Translations under genes and position numbers: made by a program
Shown: positions 49,711-59,884 of the stretch, in pieces
Layout: every line of letters starts with the position of its first letter
How positions within the stretch are numbered: the first letter of the stretch is position 1
DNA from: Candidatus Latescibacterota bacterium
Lineage (GTDB): Bacteria > Latescibacterota > UBA2968 > GCA-2709665
Reading direction: 5' to 3'
Length of the DNA stretch: 64,000 bases
Assembly (NCBI GenBank): GCA_965226795.1
Contig: CBDDDZ010000003.1
Location: forward strand, 96,001 to 160,000
Notes under the pieces: model-generated
Seen by the model: the letters and a program-made list of their open reading frames with translations, nothing else
Told to the model about the DNA's origin: nothing
Database searches by the model: none

Positions 49711-50238
49711 ATGAACGGAACATTCGAAGACTTTGTGAACCAGCAGGCAGCCAAGGTCGATTCGTCAGGTGACTGGATCCAAGAACGCGACAATTGGATA
49801 GAGCGCCTTAGCGAATTCTACCAGCTGGCCGAGAGTTTTCTTTCGAGATACGTCGATGAAGGCAAAATACAAATTTCACGATTTCCGAAACACATCAACG
49901 AGGAGTTCATTGGCAGCTATGAAGTTCCGTCACTCGAGGTCCAGATCGGAGCTGTTAAGGTCCGTTTCGATCCGATCGGTACATACTTGATCGGTGCTAA
50001 AGGCCGTGTGGACATGCACGGACCGCATGGATCGGTCAAGTTTGTTCTCGTCCCAAAACCGGCTTCTGCACCAACGATACGTGTTGTCGAACGAGAAGTG
50101 CCGAATAAGAAGGCTGGGGCGAATCCTGTATTGACGGAATGGGCATGGAAAATATCGACGACGCCACCGAACATCAGCTACATCGAACTTGAAGAAGAGT
50201 CCTTTCTATCCGCGATAATGGAAGTCGCGAATGCCTAG
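49711..50238 (+). CDS. Hypothetical protein
   Basis: 175 aa with a strong AAGGAG RBS and lower GC; no family recognised. Confidence 0.8.
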   Translation: MNGTFEDFVNQQAAKVDSSGDWIQERDNWIERLSEFYQLAESFLSRYVDEGKIQISRFPKHINEEFIGSYEVPSLEVQIGAVKVRFDPIGTYLIGAKGRVDMHGPHGSVKFVLVPKPASAPTIRVVEREVPNKKAGANPVLTEWAWKISTTPPNISYIELEEESFLSAIMEVANA

Positions 50239-50665
50239 GGCTCGAAGGATCGGGTTTTCCGGTGAAAACCTCCAGCTTGTCCGGATCGCGCAATATTACA
50301 GTGATATTGAAGCATCCGTACGAAGCTACTTTTCTTCTGAAAACTTCCGTTCGAGAGCACGATTTGCAGGTTATTCGAGATATGAAGTGGAACTATAATT
50401 GGGTTCGACTCTTGAAGAACACGCACGAAGTACTTCTATGAGTATTTTGGCAGCTTTGGAAGCAGCCTTCCGAATCGACTATCTGCAGAGGTGCTACAAA
50501 CGGCTGAGAGATCCCTTGTCAAGGGCTTTTCGTAACGCACACCAGGAAAAGGGCGTACGTGTAACGTTAGAGGATATTTTTTCGCTGTGGCAATTGCATT
50601 GGGATGTTTCTCCATCCGTATTTCCGACTTGGATCATACTGCGCACACCTCGGCGAGAGTATTAG
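50231..50665 (+). pseudogene. Partner gene with an internal TAA, probably 3'-truncated
   Basis: ATG 50231 overlaps the previous gene's end. The frame reads MPRARRIGFSGENL...EVEL*LGSTLEE...AALEAAFRIDYLQRCY with a stop at 50396-50398. Confidence 0.6.
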
Positions 50666-51491
50666 CGCATCTATGCACTTGCTGAATCGGACGAGGTATG
50701 ATGCGTACGAAGACTTCGTTGTTCTTCATCATACTGACCCTGGAGTTGCGGCCTGTAAAGATACAGTCGGACCTGGTTATATTGAGATACTTGAAGTCAC
50801 CGTGGGTCCGACCATGGCCAGATGTTACGGCGTCGGCGAACGGACCTGCATGGTGGTTGACGGCTATTTGTTTTACGATGGGATCGATGGCTTCAACTTC
50901 GAACCCGGCCACACCTACCGTCTGCGGATCGGGAAATACGACCCATGGAATGGAGAGGAACCGCCGCAAGATGCCAGCCGATACGCCTATCGCCTGTTGG
51001 AACAACTGGAGAAAACCGTTGCTTTGTCCACGCCGGCGACATTGTCTCTGGGGCCGACTCGAGTGAAATGCCAATCTTCCGATGACTTCTGTCTGCTGGT
51101 TGACGGTGCGCCATACGACGATATCATCACGAACTTTGAATACGAGGCAGGATATCACTATACATTAAATGTAAACAAATATGGCGATGGCCGCTACCTG
51201 CTGAACGAAGTCGACGCGAAGACCGAGGCGACAGGTACGGACGAGGAAGTCATCGTCGTGGGACCGCACCGGGTCAAATGCGACGACAACTATCCTGTAT
51301 ACTGCAACGTCGTCAATGGAGCCGCGTTCCGAAGTGAAATCGTGGATTTTCAGCCCGCGCACGACTACAGTTACCGCTTGCGGGTGGTACGATTCAGCAT
51401 GTTTACCGGCGGAGTCGCCGCGTCGTCACCGGATGTTCCGACCTTCGGCTACCGCTGGTTGGAAACGCTCGAGCGAAGTCCTGGCAACTGA
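50604..51491 (+). CDS. Protein with three DUF4377-like repeats, start uncertain or truncated
   Basis: Three units of (V/L)GP...C.....C..V.G....I..F..E.G..Y.L. Confidence 0.7.
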   Translation: MFLHPYFRLGSYCAHLGESISASMHLLNRTRYDAYEDFVVLHHTDPGVAACKDTVGPGYIEILEVTVGPTMARCYGVGERTCMVVDGYLFYDGIDGFNFEPGHTYRLRIGKYDPWNGEEPPQDASRYAYRLLEQLEKTVALSTPATLSLGPTRVKCQSSDDFCLLVDGAPYDDIITNFEYEAGYHYTLNVNKYGDGRYLLNEVDAKTEATGTDEEVIVVGPHRVKCDDNYPVYCNVVNGAAFRSEIVDFQPAHDYSYRLRVVRFSMFTGGVAASSPDVPTFGYRWLETLERSPGN

Positions 51492-51496
51492 ACTTC

Positions 51497-51782
51497 GGAC
51501 GGGTCGCCTTCGCACCGGGTCTTGAGGGGCCGGCGATGGCGTTGGATACCGCCTGCTCGTCATCTCTGGTTGCGATACACCAGGCGGCGTTGGGCTTGGA
51601 TCGGGGCGAGGCGGAGGCGGACGGCGACCGGATCTGGGGGGTGATCCCGTGGCTCGGGGGTCAACCAGGATGGGGCGAGCCCGGGCCTGACTGTACCGAA
51701 CGGGGCCGCACAGAAGCGAGTGATCGAGGAGGCGCTGGCGGGCGCGGTGATCGCTCCTTCGGAAGTGGACTACCTGCTGGAA
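51497..51782 (+). pseudogene. Type I polyketide synthase ketosynthase relic
   Basis: [30 protein letters not shown] (active-site Cys motif), an internal deletion, then after a frameshift [29 protein letters not shown]...EVDYL. Confidence 0.85.
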
Positions 51783-51846
51783 TTTACAAGGGGGTTGCCA
51801 ACGCCGGGAGGTCCAAGGCAACAATCGGGCCGCGCCGCGACAGAAC

Positions 51847-52614
51847 TCAGAGAAGGGCTTCGACGTATCGGCGCGCGGAAATGGCGGCGGGCAAGGGCTC
51901 ATCCCGGTCGACGCCCGCAAGTTCAACCACGAGCGGGCCATCGTAACGGCAATCCGCCAACAGGTTCAGCAACGCCGTAAACGGCAGTTCTCCCTCGCCG
52001 AAGGGCACGGGCTTGTCGCCCTGCTGGTCGCGCAGATGGACGAGACCGATGCGCCCGGCGAGGGCCTCGGCGAAGGGTATGATCGATTCGCCCGCCGAGA
52101 GCAGGTGGCCGGTGTCTACGAGAACGCGCGCCCGTTCCGGCAACTCGGGCATCACCGCCTGGTAGTCGGCCAGCCCCTGGAGGCGGGTCCCCGCCTGATT
52201 GCCCAGGTTGAGGACAATATCGGGAATGTTTGACAGGAGCGTATTGACGCCGTCGATGAGATCGGCGAGCGCTTCTGATGTGCGGTCGCCGCCACTCGTA
52301 TTCAGGGTCTTCACGCCGAGGGCGCGGCCCAGGTGGATGTCCCATTCGAGTTGGCGCAGGTTGTAGGCAAGGTTTCGCTCGTCGGAATCTGCCTTCCGGC
52401 CGGTGAGATTGCGAATATTCAAGCTGGCAAGCTGCATACCGGCGTCCGCGATGACGGAGCGGACCATCGGCACGGACCAGTCGCGGTGGACGGGGGTGCT
52501 CTGTGTGCAGGCGCGGAAGAGTTCCACGCGGGAGAATCCGGCCGCTCGGGCCAGATCCAGAACTTCGGGCAGGTGCAGGTCCGGACAGAGCGTCGGGCTG
52601 AAAACGAGGTGCAT
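51847..52614 (-). CDS. Sugar phosphate isomerase/epimerase (xylose isomerase-like TIM barrel)
   Basis: [23 protein letters not shown] and YDGPLVVE motifs; coupled to the upstream gene (TGATG). Confidence 0.85.
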   Translation of the reverse strand: MHLVFSPTLCPDLHLPEVLDLARAAGFSRVELFRACTQSTPVHRDWSVPMVRSVIADAGMQLASLNIRNLTGRKADSDERNLAYNLRQLEWDIHLGRALGVKTLNTSGGDRTSEALADLIDGVNTLLSNIPDIVLNLGNQAGTRLQGLADYQAVMPELPERARVLVDTGHLLSAGESIIPFAEALAGRIGLVHLRDQQGDKPVPFGEGELPFTALLNLLADCRYDGPLVVELAGVDRDEPLPAAISARRYVEALL

Positions 52615-53366
52615 CAACTGATCCCCTCCCAACGAACCCATGGGTCGTCGCAGGTCTCAAAGCGGATATCGTCGGCGTCCTTGCGCGAGAAACGACCGAT
52701 AAGTGCCATGCGGATATTTCGATTGACGTTTTTGGATCCCGTGTGGAAGAGTTGGCTGTGCCAGAAGATGGCATCGCCGGCCCTGCCGGTGAATTCGTGT
52801 CCTTCCGGAAACGTTCCCTCAGGATAAACATCGCTGAAAACGCCGCCGCGGACCGACAGCAGCGAGTGCGTCCTGAAGTACTCGTAGGACACATTGTGGC
52901 TGCCGGGCCAATAGGTGAAACACCCGCCCCGCGAGGCGATGTCCTCCACGTAGATCGTGACGTTGATCGTCATGTATCCGACCGTCCCTTCGGGCACGCC
53001 GTTGGTTGGGGTGTAGTACCCGTCGAGATGGCCGCGTTCCGGCAGCGACCATGCCTTGTCTCCGGATGGGTAAACCAGCGCGGGACCCGCGCTTCCGGGA
53101 TTGAGGCGACCCTTGCCCACCATTTCCTCCATCATCGCGAAGAGCCGCGACTCGTGAACGGCGGCCCGGATGGCGGGATGGTGTGCGGGCGCCGGGGTGC
53201 GCGGTCCGGCTTCGACCCAGGATTCAGGATCGCGGCGGTCGGCCTCGATGCCGCTCCAGAGGGCGTCCTGAACGGCGCGAACCTGAGCGGACGTGAGCGC
53301 GCCGCGAACGATCAGACAGCCGTTCTCCTTAAAGAAACGCTTGTCTGCGTCGGAGAGATGAGGCAT
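52614..53366 (-). CDS. Phytanoyl-CoA dioxygenase (PhyH) family protein
   Basis: FFKENG, HLDG (HxD), WPGSH, GRAGDAIFWH..FH. Confidence 0.9.
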   Translation of the reverse strand: MPHLSDADKRFFKENGCLIVRGALTSAQVRAVQDALWSGIEADRRDPESWVEAGPRTPAPAHHPAIRAAVHESRLFAMMEEMVGKGRLNPGSAGPALVYPSGDKAWSLPERGHLDGYYTPTNGVPEGTVGYMTINVTIYVEDIASRGGCFTYWPGSHNVSYEYFRTHSLLSVRGGVFSDVYPEGTFPEGHEFTGRAGDAIFWHSQLFHTGSKNVNRNIRMALIGRFSRKDADDIRFETCDDPWVRWEGIS

Positions 53367-53598
53367 AGCATGTACCTCTTGACCTGGTTTACGTAGTATG
53401 TACTGCGTGGTCTGAATGGCCAATATAGCCAAATGGCTGTCCGAAGAGACGGTTTTTCTTCCCGGCATTCTGACCGGGCGGAACGGTGGGCATCGTGTCG
53501 GAACACCGATTCGCTCACAATAACGGATTGACTTGACGCGAGACGATCGCTATCTTTCCGTTCCGCTTCAACCATCCACACGACGAAAGGTCATGCAC

Positions 53599-53844
53599 AT
53601 GGCGTCAACGGATGAACGTATCAGCATGCTCGTCGCGGATAAACTCGAAGTGGATGGGTAGCCGATAGCGCTGCCGGCGGATCTGAATATCAGCCTCCTT
53701 GATGTGGGCGTATCCTTTCTCGATCTCGTTTCGTTCGCAAGACTCGCCTCACAGGAGTTCAATGTTACGTTTGCTCTCGAAGACTGTGCGAACCTTAACA
53801 CAGTCAAGAGCTTGATCGAACACATCGATTCCCGGTCCGGATGA
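53599..53844 (+). pseudogene. Acyl carrier protein relic with an internal amber stop
   Basis: MASTDERISMLVADKLEVDG*PIALPADLNISLLDVGVSFLDLVSFARLASQEFNVTFALEDCANLNTVKSLIEHIDSRSG; TAG at 53659-53661; ACP-like pattern and length. Confidence 0.75.
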
Positions 53845-54584
53845 ATCTCGCTGAAGCCCTGCCAATCCACTGCACGGGTGGAGATGTCGTCGGTCCCGTT
53901 CGGAATCTTTCTTCCCGGAGTGCAAAGTGCCGCCTTGGCGAAACACCAGGTATCCCAACACGAGCGACATGCCTTAAGAATCATCCACCGGATTGGACCA
54001 TCCCCGTGCGCCGACCCGACCTCCGCCAATTTCAGACGGTTCTCATCTCTGCCGTGCAGCTACTCATCTGCGCTGGCGTGGTCGCGTCGACGCCTGCCGG
54101 TACCGCGGCACAGGAAGGACGCGATGGTAACACCCCGTCGTGGTCCACGACGCTGAAGATAATCCGCGCCGGGTATCCGACTGTCGCGCAGATTTCGACC
54201 GCTACGCTGCAGTCATGGCTCGACAAATCTCCGAACCGGGAAAGCCTCCTGTTGTTCGACGTACGAGCGCCCGAGGAATATGCAGTCAGCCACCTGCCCG
54301 GCGCCCGGCCAGCCCGCTCGAGAGACGAGGCGCTGAGAGCGCTCCAGGGCGTATCCTCGAACCAGCGTATCGTCTTGTACTGTTCCGTCGGGTACCGCTC
54401 TTCGGAACTTGCCCGGTTTCTGGGGAAAAAGGGATATACAGAGGTCTACAATCTGGAGGGATCGATTTTTGCGTGGGCCAACGAGGGGCGACCGGTCTTC
54501 CGGGGAAAAGAACGGGTTAACGTCGTCCATCGCTATGACAGACATTGGGGTAGATTGTTGAAAAAATCGCTGCGCTATCCGTAA
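53841..54584 (+). CDS. Rhodanese-like domain protein (true start probably downstream)
   Basis: FDVRAPEEYAVSHLPGA, VLYCSVGYRS, NLEGSIFAW. Confidence 0.85.
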   Translation: MNLAEALPIHCTGGDVVGPVRNLSSRSAKCRLGETPGIPTRATCLKNHPPDWTIPVRRPDLRQFQTVLISAVQLLICAGVVASTPAGTAAQEGRDGNTPSWSTTLKIIRAGYPTVAQISTATLQSWLDKSPNRESLLLFDVRAPEEYAVSHLPGARPARSRDEALRALQGVSSNQRIVLYCSVGYRSSELARFLGKKGYTEVYNLEGSIFAWANEGRPVFRGKERVNVVHRYDRHWGRLLKKSLRYP

Positions 54585-54690
54585 GAAACGTCTTCGGCCT
54601 TCGGGTACCCGGTGGCTTACACTGTGCTGCGCCCATCAGACCCGATACAAGCCAACAGACAAACTCATATAAGATAGCCAATAGACCACA

Positions 54691-55374
54691 GTGAAACTGA
54701 TCGTTACAAACGACGACGGCATCGAGGCGGAAGGTCTCAATACACTGGTTCGTCTGGCATCGCGGTGGGGCGAGGTCATCGTAACCGCGCCGGCGGAGCC
54801 TCAGTCTGGCGTTGGACATCGTTTGACAACCGACAGGCCCATTCGGGTGGAGAAACTGACGGAAGCGCGTTACCGGATATGGGGCACGCCCGTAGACTGT
54901 ACACGCCTGGCCCTGAGTCGCCTGGCATCCGACGGCGACTGGGTACTCTCGGGTATCAATGACGGAGGCAATCTTGGGGTGGATGTTTACGAATCCGGTA
55001 CCGTAGCGGCGGCCCGCGAGGCGGCTATTCACGGGTGTAAGGCCATCGCCCTGTCCCACTATACCGTGAAGGACCGGCCGATCGACTGGCGACTGGCCGC
55101 CGAACGGCTCCAACCGGTTCTGGACAGCGTACTGAATGAGACATTTGAAGCAGGATGTTTTCTCAACGTGAATCTGCCCCATCCTGAACACGACAGGGTT
55201 CGTCTGGAAACAAGGTACGCCCCTGTGGACACGAGCCCTCACCTGAACACGTTCTCGCGAAACGAAAACGGCTTTCAGTACACGGGCGTTTATCAAGACC
55301 GCCCGCGACAACCCGGCAGCGACATTGAAGCCTGTTTCAATGGACGTATCTCGCTATCCAGGATTCCCGTCTGA
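54691..55374 (+). CDS. surE: 5'/3'-nucleotidase SurE
   Basis: VTNDDGI, QSGVGH, GTPVDC, SGINDGGNLG, SGTVAAAREA. Confidence 0.93.
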   Translation: MKLIVTNDDGIEAEGLNTLVRLASRWGEVIVTAPAEPQSGVGHRLTTDRPIRVEKLTEARYRIWGTPVDCTRLALSRLASDGDWVLSGINDGGNLGVDVYESGTVAAAREAAIHGCKAIALSHYTVKDRPIDWRLAAERLQPVLDSVLNETFEAGCFLNVNLPHPEHDRVRLETRYAPVDTSPHLNTFSRNENGFQYTGVYQDRPRQPGSDIEACFNGRISLSRIPV

Positions 55375-55480
55375 CTGGATGGCATCTTCTGTACGGGTTC
55401 GCTCAGACAACTGCCAATTCATTGAATGGGTCTCCACGATAATCGATTCAGAAAATCGCGGACCCAACCCGGGAGGCCCC

Positions 55481-56323
55481 ATGCCCCAACATTCCAAATC
55501 GAGCATCGGACTCGACAATCCCTGGTACCCGGAGGGAGGTCCAGGCCGGCATCTCAAAGCCCGGCTCAAGCGAGGGGACGTGTTGATCGGCGCGACGCTG
55601 GAAGCGTATGCCCATCCTTCCCTCATCAAGTTGTTCCAGCACGCCGGTTTCGACTTCGTCTACATCGAGTACGAGCACAGCCTCTTCGACCTGCAGGACC
55701 TGTCCGACACCATCCTCTCCGCCCGCGACAACGGTTTGCCAGTCATCGCCAAGACGCCCCAGCTGGAACGCCAGGAGGTCTCGAAATTGCTGGAAGCAGG
55801 AGTGGTGGGAATTCAGCTTCCCAGAACGGAAACCCGGGAGCAGGTTCAGCGCCTGCTGAGCTACCTGAAATTTCCCCCGGCGGGAACCCGGGCCGTGGCG
55901 CCGGGTTGGGGAAACAGCGACTACAGGGCAGTCACGGACTGGAAGGGCTGGATGGACGAACAGGACCAGGAGACCACGCTGGTGGTGCATCTGGAAACGG
56001 TTAGGGGTTACCGGAACGCTGAGGAGATTCTGAGCCTGCCCGGGGTCGACATGTGCTTCGTGGGACCCGGCGACACCTCTATCGAGTTCGGACACCCCGG
56101 CGACTTCGATCACCCTGAGGTACGGGGTCCGATGGAATCGGTTCTGGAACTCTGCAAAAAGTACGGCGTGGCCTTCGGCACCATGCCCCCGAATGGCGTC
56201 GCCGCGGGCAAGTGGGCCCGTAAGGGAGCCACCTTCTTCGAAGTCGAGTCGGAATTGGGGTTCATCCGGGCGGGAGCCGCGGCTCTGTTGGAGGACTACC
56301 GGAGACACCGCGACACAGAATAG
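55481..56323 (+). CDS. HpcH/HpaI aldolase family protein
   Basis: AGFDFVYIEYEH, KFPPAGTR, HLET and GVDMCFVGPGD motifs; RBS GGAGG. Confidence 0.9.
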   Translation: MPQHSKSSIGLDNPWYPEGGPGRHLKARLKRGDVLIGATLEAYAHPSLIKLFQHAGFDFVYIEYEHSLFDLQDLSDTILSARDNGLPVIAKTPQLERQEVSKLLEAGVVGIQLPRTETREQVQRLLSYLKFPPAGTRAVAPGWGNSDYRAVTDWKGWMDEQDQETTLVVHLETVRGYRNAEEILSLPGVDMCFVGPGDTSIEFGHPGDFDHPEVRGPMESVLELCKKYGVAFGTMPPNGVAAGKWARKGATFFEVESELGFIRAGAAALLEDYRRHRDTE

Positions 56324-56598
56324 GGAACCGCCCTACCCTGAACGCTCAGCAAATGCATAGTTATCCCGCACTACGAATTTCGTGCATCCCGGGCTGACCC
56401 CATCACGGCCAAGCCCTCTGTACGCGCAACGACTATCAGGCGCGGCGGCCTCCCCCGCCGGATATTCTCCCCCCGGCTCCAACAGACTCGCCAGCGTCTC
56501 CTCACCCGCTGAGCGCATCCTCCTCTCGCGCCGGCGTTATTCCGCCTGAGAGTTCTGTCCATCCATTACTCGGGTTTGCTCGACAATCCGCAACGAAA

Positions 56599-56688
56599 AA
56601 GCCCTTTTAAAATCCCATGCGGGTCGCCCGCGTGCCTGCCACACTTACGCTCGCGTTCTGCCCGTAAATCGGAATTTTAAAAAGGCTT
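56599..56688. repeat. 90-bp element bounded by 18-bp inverted repeats (MITE-like)
   Basis: AAGCCCTTTTAAAATCCC / GGAATTTTAAAAAGGCTT (16/18 match). Confidence 0.5.
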
Positions 56689-56824
56689 CTTTGAGTTCAA
56701 CGGCCGCCTGTTCCGACCTTACCATTCAACTTCCCGGACACATTCCCCGCACGACCATGCCGGTGGTCGCTGGATGATGGCTCCCTTATCTTTTCCCAGG
56801 CATCCGGCAGGATCGGAACAATCG

Positions 56825-57106
56825 TTATTGCCGCTTATCGACGACCTCACTGAGCGAGTCTTCGGCCATGCTGAACAGCCCTGCCAGGTACTGCTTGCGC
56901 AACAGGTTCAATTCCGTAACCCTCTTCCACAGAACTTCCTCAATCACAGCGACTGCTTCCTCGCGCACCTCGGATGAGAGGGTGTTGTCATTCCTGAATT
57001 CGTATTTATCAATCGTGAATTCATCGATGTCCGATATGTTATCACCGACGATTTCCATATCGACCGCGCTTTTCATAAATCCGATTTTTTCGCCATCAGT
57101 GTTCAT
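56825..57106 (-). CDS. Small acidic hypothetical protein
   Basis: 93 aa with a GGAG RBS, downstream of the STAS gene. Confidence 0.65.
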   Translation of the reverse strand: MNTDGEKIGFMKSAVDMEIVGDNISDIDEFTIDKYEFRNDNTLSSEVREEAVAVIEEVLWKRVTELNLLRKQYLAGLFSMAEDSLSEVVDKRQ

Positions 57107-57175
57107 CTCGTTACTCCGATTCGGTTGGGTACGTCTTCTGTTTTACAGATGAATAGTATTCATGAACGATGCAGG

Positions 57176-57523
57176 TCAGCTACTTTTGAACGCTTTTATT
57201 GCCTCAGCCCGAGACCCATAAATGTTGATGATCTGATTAAAACCGCTGACTGAAATGACCTCACGAACCGAATCGGCGAGTGTGCAAATTCCAAATTGTT
57301 TTCCAGGCTCTTTGAATTTCCAGGCGACGATCACACCAACACGGAGCCCCGCGCTGCTGATAAAGGAGACCTGCTCGAAATCCAGAATCAAGGCATCGTC
57401 GTCAGGGCCAATTGCAGACTCGATAATATTCTGATATTTATCGGCGTTACTGCCGTCGATTCGACCCGCCAGAATCGCGATCAGGATTCCGTCTTCACGC
57501 TCCCACTTGACGTCCACGCCCAT
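57176..57523 (-). CDS. STAS-domain anti-sigma factor antagonist
   Basis: LAGRIDG, LDFEQVSFISSAGLR and VREVISVSGF motifs; RBS GGAGG. Confidence 0.92.
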   Translation of the reverse strand: MGVDVKWEREDGILIAILAGRIDGSNADKYQNIIESAIGPDDDALILDFEQVSFISSAGLRVGVIVAWKFKEPGKQFGICTLADSVREVISVSGFNQIINIYGSRAEAIKAFKSS

Positions 57524-57697
57524 TTAACTCTACCTCCGAAATTAAGGTCGCTTCATACAACATCACAGGCTATTCGTAGAGGACTCCGTATTGACTATTA
57601 TAATGGAATTGCGGGTAAAAACAACCCCGCATACGTTAAATACCTGTTCGAAGCTACGGCGCCCGGAGGATACGCTGTCTCAACCGAGCGGCCACTT

Positions 57698-58432
57698 TCA
57701 ATACCGCCAGTCGGCGTATCCCAGTGGCGCACGGTTGAGTTCATCCTGATGATTGCGCCAAAGTGGCATGAACCTGTCCATCAGCTTCCGAAAACGATCG
57801 TTGTGACGGCGCTCAATCAAGTGGACCATCTCATGTACAACGACGTATTCAAGGCACGATGCCGGTTTCTTCGCCAGTTCGAGATTCAGCCAGATTCGGC
57901 AAGCATCCGGGTTGCAGGTCCCCCAGCGGGTCTTCATCTTTCTGATACGAGCCTCATTGACCCGCACACCCATTTCGGGCTCCCATTTCGCAACAAGCAC
58001 CGGTAGCCGATCACGGAGATGGCGTCGGTACCATCGATCGAGTACGGCCTCTCTGATATTCCGGGCGGCACCCGGTCGAACGCACATCGTCATGGTAGAA
58101 TTATTGAAGAGACGAACCACAGGTGGGCCGTCCCGTTCCGTTACATCGAGCCGGTAGCGCCTGCCCTCGAAAAAGTGGCTTTCACCTGTCGCAAATTCCC
58201 GCAGGGACTGGCGATCCTGCTGCTGGAATTTCGCCTTTTGCCGACAAATCCAGCCGAGGCGGGAAATGACAGCCATGCGCACCGCGTCATCATCAAGACG
58301 GAGCGGAGCGGCCACCCTTACCCGACCGTTCGGCGGATATACACCTATGTAAAGGTTTTTGATGTCCTTGTGGACGACGTTTACCGCAGTCCCGTGTACC
58401 TCGATTATGTAGGTTTTCCTCTCAGTATTCAC
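57698..58432 (-). CDS. M48/YgjP (DUF45)-family zinc metallopeptidase of the type found with type I RM loci
   Basis: GESHFFEG, MKTRWGTCN, YVVVHEMVH..ERRH. Confidence 0.92.
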   Translation of the reverse strand: MNTERKTYIIEVHGTAVNVVHKDIKNLYIGVYPPNGRVRVAAPLRLDDDAVRMAVISRLGWICRQKAKFQQQDRQSLREFATGESHFFEGRRYRLDVTERDGPPVVRLFNNSTMTMCVRPGAARNIREAVLDRWYRRHLRDRLPVLVAKWEPEMGVRVNEARIRKMKTRWGTCNPDACRIWLNLELAKKPASCLEYVVVHEMVHLIERRHNDRFRKLMDRFMPLWRNHQDELNRAPLGYADWRY

Positions 58433-58484
58433 TCTGCGCCTTTACAATCTCGAATATGTGGTACACGAGATCCTCGTTTTGCCT
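58422..58484 (-). pseudogene. Probable extreme C-terminus of an hsdR gene
   Basis: Reads RQNEDLVYHIFEIVKAQSEY* and overlaps the peptidase start; resembles HsdR C-termini as I recall them (not searched). Confidence 0.5.
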
Positions 58485-58533
58485 CGGCACAGCTCCAGCA
58501 CGGCGGTCTCAGCAAGTTCCCCGAAGTTATGGT

Positions 58534-59310
58534 TCATCCCGAGATGGTCTCGTTCAGAAAGCGCATTATCCTCTTTTGGTTTGCGGTGAGGCTGGAGAAT
58601 TGCTTCTCGCAGACGTCGCTGAAGCGCGCCAAAACTTTGCGATTGATCGACTCCTGGTCTTCAAAAATGGCAAGTGAACGAAACGGGATTTCCCACCGTT
58701 CGAATTGGAGAAGCGCGATTGTAGCGTCGCGGGTCCTGCCGTCACCAGCAAGTGCATGAACGAACAACGGCCGGTGCAAACCGTTGACTCGACAGTCCAC
58801 GGTGTACATCCCTTGAGGATCATGTTCAGGATCGCTCCATTCAAAACTCCTGCGCTCTTCCGGAATGGCTTCACTCATCACCGTACGAAAATCGTCCATA
58901 AATGTGGACCGAACCCGTTCCCTCGAAAGGTACGACACGTCGGATATCTTGAGTAGCCCCTGAACGAACGAATACAGCGCGTCACCGTAACGCTCCTCCG
59001 GTACGTCGAGTACTAACTCTCCATCGCGGTCCTCGATCTGAAACATGGACAGTGCATTGGAGATGATTTTTTGACGCGTGCCGCTATGAAGATCCTTCTC
59101 ATCGATGTCGTAAGTCAGATGCATGTACGTATGCGCCTCATCGGAAAGCACCCAACGCGCTCCGTCCTTCCTTAGAACGATGCCCAGGTGATCACCATCG
59201 TCGAACTGGAACGGGGTGAACACGCGGAACCGTTCCATACCCTCGGCTGCAAGCCGAATCTTCGACGAAACCTTCTCGTGAAATTCTCTCTCTATGGTCT
59301 GGACGGACAT
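58534..59310 (-). CDS. DUF1828-domain protein
   Basis: RVFTPFQFDDGDHL...WVLSDEAHT N-terminal pattern; 258 aa. Confidence 0.75.
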   Translation of the reverse strand: MSVQTIEREFHEKVSSKIRLAAEGMERFRVFTPFQFDDGDHLGIVLRKDGARWVLSDEAHTYMHLTYDIDEKDLHSGTRQKIISNALSMFQIEDRDGELVLDVPEERYGDALYSFVQGLLKISDVSYLSRERVRSTFMDDFRTVMSEAIPEERRSFEWSDPEHDPQGMYTVDCRVNGLHRPLFVHALAGDGRTRDATIALLQFERWEIPFRSLAIFEDQESINRKVLARFSDVCEKQFSSLTANQKRIMRFLNETISG

Positions 59311-59313
59311 TGC

Positions 59314-59848
59314 TTACTTCTCCTCAAATAGGTCGCTCTGCGGCTCCGGCGGTATCTCAAGATTCGCATCGGCAATCAGACAGCGAAGGGCGCCATGAAA
59401 GTCTCCGTAACGGTCGGTTGGCTCGGCGTAGGCGCAGAAGAAGCGTAGGTAGGCGGTGGTGTCACGTGGCGGCTCGACCGGGGCGATTGCAAAGTCGTTA
59501 TTGCCGGGATTCTCCCAATCGATCAGCCAGACAGTGACGTTCGGTTCGCCAACGTGCGGCCGGACTTTCACGCCGTAGCGGAGCAGGTCATATACCTCGC
59601 GGTTGGCTTCATATAGAGTCTTGCTGCCACCAAGCGCCGCTGCCTTGTCCAGTTCACGTAGCACCTTGTCGATAACCCTGTCGCCGTGCCCATTGCGCTT
59701 CAGCCAGTCGGTGAGCAGTCCATTCTCGATATTTTTATTATCGGTGCGTTCATGCCAGTTGCCGAGATAGATGCACCCAAGCGCATCCCGGAAGAAGGCG
59801 ATCACCCGTCGCTGTGTAAGGATTTCCCTTTGGGCCGACGATGTTCAT
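59314..59848 (-). pseudogene. hsdR: Type I restriction subunit R N-terminal relic fused to unrelated fragments
   Basis: With one frameshift near 59833 it reads MNIVGQREILTQRRVIAFF...YLGNW...ANREVYDLLRYGVKV...LIDWENPGNNDFAIA, then breaks before the nuclease motif. Confidence 0.75.
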
Positions 59849-59884
59849 GCCTGTTCGATCCCTAGCTTCGGACCTGAAACGTGC

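Noticed and set aside
53659..53661. Amber read-through (pyrrolysine) in the ACP
   Set aside because: No pyl genes are seen, the ACP Ser motif is also damaged and the nearby KS is decayed, so pseudogenisation is simpler.
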